Below, in pieces: positions 9,130-17,225 of a stretch of DNA of 32,000 bases. Under the pieces are notes generated by a model, which searched no databases, had not been told where the DNA came from, and saw only the letters and a program-made list of their open reading frames with translations. Source of the stretch: Candidatus Saccharimonadota bacterium (lineage in GTDB: Bacteria; Bacteroidota; Bacteroidia; Flavobacteriales; Blattabacteriaceae); NCBI GenBank assembly GCA_029851085.1, contig CP100318.1:305337-337336 (forward strand). The letters run 5' to 3'. The number at the start of each line of letters is the position of its first letter. Position 1 is the stretch's first letter. The translations under genes and the position numbers were made by a program.

Positions 9130-10290
9130 TCCTATTACTTCTTCTCCAAGATACCAAACTGCAAATTGTCCTTTAGTTATAGCAATTTGATTATTTTTAA
9201 ATTCTATATACATACCATTATCTACTTTATATAAAGTAGCTTTTTGTAGTGATTGTCTATAACGAATTCTACAACTTACTTCTAATTTTTCTCCATTATG
9301 GATAGATAAGTCATTACGTATCCAATGTAATTCTTTATTATTTATAAATAATACTTTTTTATATAAACCTGGATGCATATTACTCATACCAACATATACT
9401 ATATTATTATTAATATCAGTATCAATAACAAAAAGTGCTTTTTTATATCCTCCAACTCCTAACCATTTACGTTGACCTATAGTATATACACATGCTCCTA
9501 TATGTTGTCCAATAATTTTTCCATCGGTTTTTTTATAAATTTTTCTTTTAGAAAGAAAATTTAAATAATCATTTTTTGATAAAAAATTATATTTTTGTTT
9601 TTTATATATTTCAGAATCTGAAGGTATTTCTACAATATCTCCTTTTTTTAATTTTAGTTTTGATTTCAAAAAATCAGGTAATCGTATTTTTCCTACAAAA
9701 CAAAGTCCTTGAGAATCTTTTTTTTTTGCTGTAATTAATCCAGCTTTAGTGGCAATTATTCTAACTTCTTTTTTTGTAAATTTTCCTAAAGGAAAAATAA
9801 TTTTATCTAATTGATATTGGTTAAGTTGACAAAGAAAATATGATTGATCTTTATTATTATCTTTTCCGGATAATAACCTATATATTATTTTTTTTTCACA
9901 ACAAACTTTTATTTGTGCATAATGACCAGTAGCCATAAAATTTGCACCTAATAACTGAGCTTTTTTCCAAAAAATATCGAATTTAATTTTTCGATTGCAA
10001 AGTATATCAGGATTAGGAGTACGACCAATGGAATATTCATTAAACATATAGTCTATAACATTATTTTTATATTCTTTGCTAAGATCAATAATTTGAAAAG
10101 GAATACCTATTTTTTTTGCTACTAACATAGCATCTATACTATCTTCTATCCAAGAACATGTTCTTAAATTTTTTTCATACCAATTACGTATGAAAATACC
10201 AATAACTTCATAACCTTTTAATTTTAATAATAAAGCAGCTACACTAGAATCAACACCTCCAGAAAGTCCTACTACAACACGTTTATTCAT
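9112..10290 (-). CDS. mnmA: tRNA 2-thiouridine(34) synthase
   Basis: PP-loop VVGLSGGVDSSVAA, catalytic cysteines in NPDILCN and QGLCFVG, 392 aa. TGA stop. The 3' end overlaps the convergent upstream gene by 18 nt. Confidence 0.95.
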   Translation of the reverse strand: MNKRVVVGLSGGVDSSVAALLLKLKGYEVIGIFIRNWYEKNLRTCSWIEDSIDAMLVAKKIGIPFQIIDLSKEYKNNVIDYMFNEYSIGRTPNPDILCNRKIKFDIFWKKAQLLGANFMATGHYAQIKVCCEKKIIYRLLSGKDNNKDQSYFLCQLNQYQLDKIIFPLGKFTKKEVRIIATKAGLITAKKKDSQGLCFVGKIRLPDFLKSKLKLKKGDIVEIPSDSEIYKKQKYNFLSKNDYLNFLSKRKIYKKTDGKIIGQHIGACVYTIGQRKWLGVGGYKKALFVIDTDINNNIVYVGMSNMHPGLYKKVLFINNKELHWIRNDLSIHNGEKLEVSCRIRYRQSLQKATLYKVDNGMYIEFKNNQIAITKGQFAVWYLGEEVIGSGIIS

Positions 10291-10317
10291 AAATCTACAA
10301 CACGTTTATTCATAAAT
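10272..10317. repeat. perfect 23-bp tandem duplication (2 copies) spanning the mnmA start codon
   Basis: ctacaacacgtttattcataaat occurs at 10272-10294 and again at 10295-10317, identical base for base. Confidence 0.95.
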
Positions 10318-11414
10318 TAAGAAAACATTTCTCGTACTCTATCAAAAAATGATTTTTCTGAATAATTAGGTTGAGGTAAAAAATTTTCATTTTTTTTCAT
10401 TTTTTCAAAAAATTCCTTTTGTTCTTTAGTTAATTTTTTAGGTGTCCAAACATTAACATGAATTAAAATGTCTCCTTTTTCATAACTTTCAATGTTAGGT
10501 AATCCTTTACTTTTCAATCTAAGAATTTTACCAGATTGAGTTCCTTGGTCAATTTTTATCATGACTTTTCCACCAATAATTGGAATTTCTTTATAAGCGC
10601 CTAATACAGCCTCTGGTATAGATATATATAAATCATAATGTAAATTATTACCTTCACGTTTTAATAAATTATGAGGAATTTCTTCAATCTTCACTATAAG
10701 ATCTCCAGATTCTCCACCAAATGGTGCTTGATTTCCTTTACCAGTAACTTTTAGTTGTATTCCATCATTTAACCCTGCTGGTATTTTAATTTTTACCAAT
10801 TCTTCTTCTTTAATTAATCCTTGATTATTTGCACCTTTTGGTATAAAATCTATTATCTCACCTATACCTTGACATATATTACACGTAGTAGTAGTTTGCA
10901 TTCGTCCTAATATAGTATTAGTTATTTGTGTAATATGTCCACTTCCTTTACATTTATTACAATTTTTGAATTTTGTACCATGTGCTATTTTCATACGTTT
11001 TACTTTAACTGTTTTTTCAACACCTTTAGCTATTTCTTCTAAATTAAGTTTAACTCTTATACGAAGGTCACTTCCTTTTATACTACTACCCCGTTTTGAA
11101 CTTCTACCAAAACCAAATGCTGAACCAAAAGCATCTCCAAAAATATCACCAAAATTAGAAAAAATATCTTCCATATTCATGGAAGCTCCTTGATGTACAC
11201 CAGTATGACCAAATTGATCATATCGTTGTCTTTTTTCAGGATTACTTAAAATATCATAAGCTTCAGCTGCTTCTTTAAATTTTTCCTCAGCTTCTTTTTT
11301 ATTATTAGGATTTTTATCTGGATGATATTTAATAGCTAATTTTCGATAAGCTTTTTTAATTTCTTCTGATGAAGCATTTTTAGAAACCCCCAATATATCG
11401 TAATAATCTTTCAT
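10317..11414 (-). CDS. dnaJ: molecular chaperone DnaJ (only two of the four CxxCxGxG motifs present)
   Basis: J-domain with HPDKNP, G/F-rich region [16 protein letters not shown], zinc-finger region with CNKCKGSG and CNICQGIG only, and C-terminal substrate-binding domains. 365 aa. Confidence 0.95.
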   Translation of the reverse strand: MKDYYDILGVSKNASSEEIKKAYRKLAIKYHPDKNPNNKKEAEEKFKEAAEAYDILSNPEKRQRYDQFGHTGVHQGASMNMEDIFSNFGDIFGDAFGSAFGFGRSSKRGSSIKGSDLRIRVKLNLEEIAKGVEKTVKVKRMKIAHGTKFKNCNKCKGSGHITQITNTILGRMQTTTTCNICQGIGEIIDFIPKGANNQGLIKEEELVKIKIPAGLNDGIQLKVTGKGNQAPFGGESGDLIVKIEEIPHNLLKREGNNLHYDLYISIPEAVLGAYKEIPIIGGKVMIKIDQGTQSGKILRLKSKGLPNIESYEKGDILIHVNVWTPKKLTKEQKEFFEKMKKNENFLPQPNYSEKSFFDRVREMFS

Positions 11415-11420
11415 AATAAT

Positions 11421-12098
11421 TTATTTGGCAACAACTACTTTAGCATATCTAATAACTTGGTCTTGTAATAAATATCCAGATTCAACAACATCCATAATTT
11501 TATTTTTTAGATTATCTTTATTTGCTGGTACTTGTGTAATAGCTTCATGAAAATCTGTATTAAAATCAGATCCTTTTTCAACTTTTATTTTTTTTAAACC
11601 CTCATATTCTAATATTTTCATTAATTTATCTTTGATAAGTATCATACCTTTATATTTTTTAATTTCTTCAAATCCTCGTTCAAAGTCATCTAAAATAGGT
11701 AATAAACCCATAATAAGAGCTTTATTGGCTGTTTTGAATAATTCTAAACGCTCTTTTTGAGTACGTTTTTTATAATTTTCAAATTCTGCATAAAGGCGTA
11801 AAAATCTATCTTTTTCTTCTGCTATTTTTTTTATTAAAATATCTATTTCGGATTGTTCATATATTTTTTCTTTATTTAAATCTTTATTTAAATCTTTATT
11901 TAAATCTTTATTTAAATCTTTATTTAAATCTTTATTTAAATCTTTATTTAAATCTTTATTTAAATCTTTATTTAAATCTTTATTTAAATCTTTATTTAAA
12001 TCTTTATTTAAATCTTTATTTAAATCTTTATTTAAATCTTTATTTAAATTTTCATTTAAATTTTTATAGTTTTGGGATAATTTATCCACTATGTTCAT
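11421..12098 (-). CDS. grpE: nucleotide exchange factor GrpE with N-terminal (LNKD)n repeat expansion
   Basis: GrpE core is present (RLYAEFENYKKRTQKE, LLPILDDFERG, C-terminal beta domain FHEAITQVP...VIRYAKVVVAK). It lies upstream of dnaJ on the same strand with a 6-nt gap. Confidence 0.9.
   Translation of the reverse strand: MNIVDKLSQNYKNLNENLNKDLNKDLNKDLNKDLNKDLNKDLNKDLNKDLNKDLNKDLNKDLNKDLNKDLNKDLNKEKIYEQSEIDILIKKIAEEKDRFLRLYAEFENYKKRTQKERLELFKTANKALIMGLLPILDDFERGFEEIKKYKGMILIKDKLMKILEYEGLKKIKVEKGSDFNTDFHEAITQVPANKDNLKNKIMDVVESGYLLQDQVIRYAKVVVAK
11869..12048. repeat. 15 perfect tandem copies of the 12-bp unit tctttatttaaa (sense strand TTA AAT AAA GAx = LNKD), inside grpE
   Basis: Counted directly: 1 + 5 + 5 + 4 units with no substitutions. 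A degenerate flanking unit ttttcatttaaa lies at 12049-12060. The protein shows 14 x NKDL followed by NKE. Confidence 0.97.
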
Positions 12099-12175
12099 AA
12101 GTAATTTTATGTTTTTTAGTTATTGAACAACAAATAAAATAGCTATATTTTTTTAAATACAAAATTAATAAATAA

Positions 12176-12988
12176 TTATTTATTATAATATTTTTTATAA
12201 AAAAATATAATACCTGTTATTATAAAAGGTATACTCAATATTTGTCCAATATTTATAGTAAGTTTTGATTCAAAATCAGTTTGATTTGCTTTAAAAAATT
12301 CAATTATAAATCTTATTGAAAATAAAAAAATTAATAATGTTCCAAAAATAAACCCATGATTTTGTGTAAAATTTTTTTTATATAAAAAATATAAAATAAT
12401 AAATATTATAAAATAAGCAATAGCTTCATATATTTGTGTAGGATGTCTTGGTATTAAATCAATTCTTTTAAAGATAATTCCATAATTACTATTTGTAGGT
12501 TTTCCAATAATTTCTGAATTAGCAAAATTTCCTAATCTAATAAAAGAACATGTTAATGGAGTAACAATAGATATCCTATCTAAAATAGATAATATATTTA
12601 TTCTATTATTTATGTTATAAATAAATATTGATAATAAAATACCTAATGCACCACCGTGACTTGCTAATCCTTGAAATCCTATAAATTTAATTTCTCCTTT
12701 TTTGAATTTAACTGGTAAAATAATTTCTATAGGATTTTTTAAATAGTATTTAAATTCATAAAATAAACAATGACCTATTCTAGCACCTAGAATAATACCA
12801 ATTATTATATATAATACCAAAGTTTCAAATTTATGTTCAGTTATTATACTATTAACACAAATAGATTTTAATATTTGATATCCTAATAATAATCCAATAA
12901 CAAATAAAATACCATAGTATCTTATTGATAATAAATTGAAAATTTTAATAATTTCAGGATTCAGATTCCATATTATGGAGATATTCAT
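12176..12988 (-). CDS. lgt: prolipoprotein diacylglyceryl transferase
   Basis: 270-aa polytopic membrane protein with the Lgt signature region GFQGLASHGGALG and a conserved RHPTQIYEA block. Confidence 0.9.
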   Translation of the reverse strand: MNISIIWNLNPEIIKIFNLLSIRYYGILFVIGLLLGYQILKSICVNSIITEHKFETLVLYIIIGIILGARIGHCLFYEFKYYLKNPIEIILPVKFKKGEIKFIGFQGLASHGGALGILLSIFIYNINNRINILSILDRISIVTPLTCSFIRLGNFANSEIIGKPTNSNYGIIFKRIDLIPRHPTQIYEAIAYFIIFIILYFLYKKNFTQNHGFIFGTLLIFLFSIRFIIEFFKANQTDFESKLTINIGQILSIPFIITGIIFFYKKYYNK

Positions 12989-13017
12989 TATTTTTATTAT
13001 TAATTTATTTATAAAAA

Positions 13018-13755
13018 TTGAGATATTTTATAGAATTAGCTTATAATGGAAATAATTATCATGGATGGCAAATACAAAAAAATAATATATCAATAGAAGA
13101 AGTTTTAGAATATTGTCTTTCTAAATTATTAAAACGTTCTATTAATTTAATAGGAGCTGGACGTACAGATAGTGGTGTACATGCATTACAAATGTTTGCT
13201 CATTTTGATTTTGAAAAAAATATTGAAATTTCTTTGGTAGATAAATTAAATCGTTTTTTACCTAAATCAATTAAAGTATTTCGTATTTTCATGGTAAAAA
13301 ATAATGCTCATGCTAGATTCGATGTTATTAAACGTACTTATGAGTATCACATATTATTGCAAAAAGATCCTTTTTGTTATAAAATGAATTGGCAATTATC
13401 AGGTGTAAAATTGAATATTCAAAAAATGAATCAAGCATCTGAATTTCTAATTAAAAATACAGATTTTAGTATTTTTTGTAAAAAAAACAAAAGTTCTACT
13501 AAAAATTGTATACTATATAAAGCATATTGGGATCTATATGGTAATAAATTATGCTTTACTATTGAAGCTAATAGGTTTTTAAGAAATATGGTAAGATCTA
13601 TAGTAGGTACTATTATAAAAATAGGAATAGAAAAACTTAGTATAGAAGATTTTATAAAAATTATTAAAAATAATAATCGTAATTTATTAGGTAGTTCTGC
13701 CCCCCCATACGGATTATTTTTAGTTAAAATTATTTATAATAATAAAATTTATTAA
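13018..13755 (+). CDS. truA: tRNA pseudouridine(38-40) synthase
   Basis: MRYFIELAYNGNNYHGWQIQ N-terminus and catalytic Asp motif GAGRTDSGVHA. The start is TTG (TAA at 13012-13014 closes the frame just upstream). The 3' end overlaps trxB by 26 nt (convergent). Confidence 0.9.
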   Translation: MRYFIELAYNGNNYHGWQIQKNNISIEEVLEYCLSKLLKRSINLIGAGRTDSGVHALQMFAHFDFEKNIEISLVDKLNRFLPKSIKVFRIFMVKNNAHARFDVIKRTYEYHILLQKDPFCYKMNWQLSGVKLNIQKMNQASEFLIKNTDFSIFCKKNKSSTKNCILYKAYWDLYGNKLCFTIEANRFLRNMVRSIVGTIIKIGIEKLSIEDFIKIIKNNNRNLLGSSAPPYGLFLVKIIYNNKIY

Positions 13756-14680
13756 TTAGATATTTTTCTAAATCTAATGCTGCCATACATCCAGTTCCTG
13801 CTGATGTTATTGCTTGTCGATACCGTGGATCTTGTACATCTCCTGCTGCAAATACTCCTGGTTTACTAGTTAATGTTGTTCCTTTTTTGGTAATAATATA
13901 ATTGTTTTCATCCATTTTAAGTTGTCCTTTAAATAGTTCTGTATTAGGAATATGACCTATTGCAATAAATATTCCTTTTACATAAAATATTTTTTCATTT
14001 TTATTTTCTTTGTTTATAACTTTTATTCCTTCTACTTCTTTTTCTCCCAAAATATCTTTCACTTCATGATTAAAAAATATTTCAATATTTTTTATGTAAG
14101 AAACATTACGTTGCATAGCTTTAGAAGCTTTTAATATATTGTTTCTAACAAAAATATATATATATTTACACATTTTGGATAAATAAATAGCTTCTTCAAT
14201 TGCAGTATCTCCACCTCCAATTACTGCAACATATTTTTCTTTAAAAAAAAAACCATCACATGTTGCACATGTAGAAACACCATATCCCAGTAATCGTTTT
14301 TCATTTTTTAACCCTAAATATTTTGAAGAAGCTCCAGTGGCAATGATTAAACCTTTACTTTGTAAAGTTTTATTAGAAAATTGTATAGTATGAATACCTG
14401 ATTTTTCATTAGAAATAAAAACTTTAGAAATTTTATCATGTATAATAATAGTTCCAAAACGTTCTGCTTGTTTTTTAAAATTTTCCATTAATTCAAATCC
14501 TGTAATTCCTATAGGATATCCAGGATAATTATCAATAATTGTAGTTTGAGTTAATTGACCTCCTGGTTCTAATCCAGTATATATAATAGGATTTAGATCA
14601 GCTCTTGCTGCATATATAGCTGCTGAATATCCAGCTGGACCAGATCCAATAATAACGCATTTAGCTATTGTTTTTAACAT
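13730..14680 (-). CDS. trxB: thioredoxin-disulfide reductase
   Basis: FAD motif GSGPAGYSAAIYAARA, redox-active CATCDG, NADPH motif GGGDTAIEEA. 316 aa. Confidence 0.95.
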   Translation of the reverse strand: MLKTIAKCVIIGSGPAGYSAAIYAARADLNPIIYTGLEPGGQLTQTTIIDNYPGYPIGITGFELMENFKKQAERFGTIIIHDKISKVFISNEKSGIHTIQFSNKTLQSKGLIIATGASSKYLGLKNEKRLLGYGVSTCATCDGFFFKEKYVAVIGGGDTAIEEAIYLSKMCKYIYIFVRNNILKASKAMQRNVSYIKNIEIFFNHEVKDILGEKEVEGIKVINKENKNEKIFYVKGIFIAIGHIPNTELFKGQLKMDENNYIITKKGTTLTSKPGVFAAGDVQDPRYRQAITSAGTGCMAALDLEKYLINKFYYYK

Positions 14681-15173
14681 ATTATTAATTTAATATATGG
14701 TATATAAGTTCTTTTAAAATTTCTGTTTTTTTTACACAACTATCAATTCCTTTTGATTGAATATCTGCTTTTCTAATAAAAGAAATAATTTTTATAATTT
14801 TTTTCAAAGAATAATTTTTTGCAGCTATATTGAATATATAGCTTGTATTATGATAATTTTTATCTAAATGATAATCTATAAGTTTTGTAAAAAACTTAAA
14901 TAAAAGATTTAATATAGGTATTATTGATTCATTTTCTTTTAAATTAAAAATTAATTTATACGCATTTAAACTATCATGAATTGCTATATATTTATAGAGT
15001 TTAAAATGATAATAGTTTGATAATGTTATATTTTTTTTAATAAAATTGTAAGTTATATTACTACCTACAGGTAAAATAATACTTATTTTTTTTAATTCAT
15101 TAGCAATATTTGAAATATCTGTACCTAAATATTCTATAATAAGCATTGTGGCTTCTTTAGTAATAGTATAGCC

Positions 15174-15182
15174 TTTTTTTTT
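15174..15182 (-). other. A9 homopolymer (sense strand) at holA frame break 2
   Basis: Nine T were counted on the + strand. The upstream frame reads TTA AAA AAA AAG GCT, and the downstream frame needs TTA AAA AAA AAA GGC. Confidence 0.9.
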
Positions 15183-15588
15183 AATTTCGATACTATCCAA
15201 TTAAAAACTTGATAAGTATATAATTTATTACAATGAAATATTATGCCGTTCTTTTTTATGCTTTGATAAAGTTTATTGGTTTTATATAAAATATTATTAT
15301 AACATAATATTAATATAGTACTTTTTAAAGGATTATCTGTATATATAGATAAATTTTCAATATTAGATAATAATTGAGCTTCTTTAACAATTATTACAGT
15401 ATATTTACTCATAATTGGATATTTTCTAGCATATGTAATAATAGATTGAATATCAGTATATTGACCATATATTATAATTTGATTGAAAACTTTTTCATAA
15501 TCGTTTAAAATATTTTTTTCAAAAAAAGTACTTATTATATTGATATAATAATATTCATTACCCATTAATAAATATATGGGTTTATATA

Positions 15589-15600
15589 TTTTTTTTTTTT
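15589..15600 (-). other. A12 homopolymer (sense strand) at holA frame break 1
   Basis: Twelve T were counted on the + strand. The ATG-15623 frame stops at TAA (15584-15582) just after the run. The conserved frame is closed by TAA at 15601-15599 just before it. Confidence 0.9.
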
Positions 15601-15646
15601 ATATCAGTAATAATATTTTTCATTATTAATTATTAATTTTTTATGT

Positions 15647-16036
15647 ATGCAAATTAACAAAAAATTTATTTATTGTATAATTCGAAAAAAAAAAATCTTG
15701 TTAACACAAGAAGAATGGATACGTCAACATGTTATTAAATTTTTTGTTTTAAAAAAAGGTTATAATTTATCTGAAATAGCGGTAGAAGTTCCAATATTGG
15801 TAAATAATATACGAAAACGTATAGATATTATAGTATATAAATGTGCAAAACCTTATATTATAATAGAATGTAAAGCAACAAATATAATACCATCACAAAA
15901 TGATTTTAATCAAATATTGATATATAATCTTGTAATTAACAGTCATTATTTAATGATTACTAATGGAATACAACATGTTTTTTTTAGTAAAAAAAAAAAC
16001 AAATTTCTTTTTAAGAAAAAAATACCAGACTATTAA
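15647..16036 (+). CDS. HsdR_N-type (PD-(D/E)xK nuclease fold) domain protein, stand-alone
   Basis: 129 aa with LTQEEWIRQ, RIDIIVY...IIIECKA (D...ExK) and ITNG blocks. These match my recollection of the stand-alone 'type I restriction enzyme HsdR N-terminal domain' family, which sits beside holA in Flavobacteriia. No other R-M genes are nearby. Confidence 0.65.
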   Translation: MQINKKFIYCIIRKKKILLTQEEWIRQHVIKFFVLKKGYNLSEIAVEVPILVNNIRKRIDIIVYKCAKPYIIIECKATNIIPSQNDFNQILIYNLVINSHYLMITNGIQHVFFSKKKNKFLFKKKIPDY

Positions 16037-16133
16037 TATGATCCATATATTATTAATCCTAATATAATTGTTATTAGTACTTGATTAATATAATGGATAA
16101 AATAATATTATTAAACAAATATATATTAATATC

Positions 16134-17207
16134 ATGCAAGAAATAAAAGAAATATATAATCGTATTGAAGAACTATATGTATGTCTTGATATTAAAAATA
16201 AGCGTAAAGATATAATAAATCTAGAAAAAAAAATAACATTGCCTAATTTTTGGAAAAATAATAAATATAACAGTTTTATAGAAGAATTACGTAATAAAAA
16301 ATTATGTGTATGTACTTATGATAAAATTAAAAATTCTGTAAATGATTTAAATATATTATTTGAATTTTTCAAAAAAGGAGAAATAAATTATTACGAATTT
16401 AATAATCAGTTAAATATTACAAAAAAATTATTATCAGATTTTGAATATCAAAATATTTTTTCTTCTAAAGAAGATATTTTAAATGCTATTTTACAAATTT
16501 CTTCTGGAGCTGGAGGTACAGAAAGTTGCGATTGGGCTTCTATGTTAATGCGAATGTATTTAATGTGGTCTGAAAAAAAGGGATATAAAATTATGAAAAT
16601 TCATAAATTACCAGGAGATGTCACTGGAATAAAATCTGTTACATTAGAAATTCAAGGTGAATATGCTTTTGGTAATATTAAATGTGAAAATGGTGTGCAT
16701 AGATTAGTCCGTCTATCACCGTATAATAATGCTAAAAGACATACATCTTTTGCTTCTGTATATGTTTATCCTTTAATAAAGGATACTATAAATATTAATA
16801 TAAAACCGTATGAAATTATTTGGGAAACATTTAGATCTAGTGGAGCAGGTGGTCAAAATGTTAATAAAGTTGAGACAGGTGTGCGTTTACATCATAGACC
16901 TACAGGAATAATTATTGAAAATACTGAATCACGTTCACAATTTCAAAATAAGGAAAGAGCATTACAATTATTAAAATCACGATTATTTCAAATTGAAATT
17001 TGTCAACGTAATATTAAAAGAAATGAAATAGAAATGATAAAAAAGAAAATTGAATGGGGTTCTCAAATACGTAATTATATAATGCATCCTTACAAATTGG
17101 TTAAAGATTTACGTACAGGATATCAAACTTATAATATAAATTCTGTTTTAAATGGAGAAATAGATTTTTTTTTAAAAAAAAATTTATTGTTTAATAAACA
17201 ACAATAG
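16134..17207 (+). CDS. prfB: peptide chain release factor 2, single uninterrupted ORF
   Basis: GGQ motif SGAGGQNVNKVETGVR and a codon-recognition loop reading VRLSPYNNAKRHTSFASV. 357 aa, full length from ATG 16134 without a frameshift. Confidence 0.95.
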   Translation: MQEIKEIYNRIEELYVCLDIKNKRKDIINLEKKITLPNFWKNNKYNSFIEELRNKKLCVCTYDKIKNSVNDLNILFEFFKKGEINYYEFNNQLNITKKLLSDFEYQNIFSSKEDILNAILQISSGAGGTESCDWASMLMRMYLMWSEKKGYKIMKIHKLPGDVTGIKSVTLEIQGEYAFGNIKCENGVHRLVRLSPYNNAKRHTSFASVYVYPLIKDTININIKPYEIIWETFRSSGAGGQNVNKVETGVRLHHRPTGIIIENTESRSQFQNKERALQLLKSRLFQIEICQRNIKRNEIEMIKKKIEWGSQIRNYIMHPYKLVKDLRTGYQTYNINSVLNGEIDFFLKKNLLFNKQQ

Positions 17208-17225
17208 ATAAAACTAGTTTTGATT

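Larger units (their letters stand above)
14685..15623 (-). pseudogene. holA: DNA polymerase III delta subunit, interrupted by two homopolymer frameshifts (possibly rescued by slippage)
   Basis: Three frame segments on the - strand give a delta-like protein. (1) ATG 15623 reads MKNIITDIKKK. (2) Next comes IYKPIYLLMGNEYYYINIIS...YPIMSKYTVIIVKEAQLL...NWIVSKLKKK. (3) The last segment is GYTITKEATMLIIEYLGTDISNIANELKK... to the stop at 14685. The joins fall in A12 (15589-15600) and A9 (15174-15182) runs. Confidence 0.75.

Noticed and set aside
10966-11193. 75-aa ORF on the + strand
   Set aside because: It is antisense within dnaJ (opposite the G/F region), so it is a shadow ORF.
12160-12167. A TAATTTTG match on the - strand (Bacteroidetes -7 promoter consensus TAnnTTTG) about 60 nt upstream of grpE
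   Set aside because: An 8-nt AT-rich motif is expected by chance many times in this window. There is no supporting -33 element that I could verify, so it is not reported as a feature.
13952-14134. 60-aa ORF on the + strand
   Set aside because: It is antisense within trxB and its translation is F/Y/I-rich low complexity.
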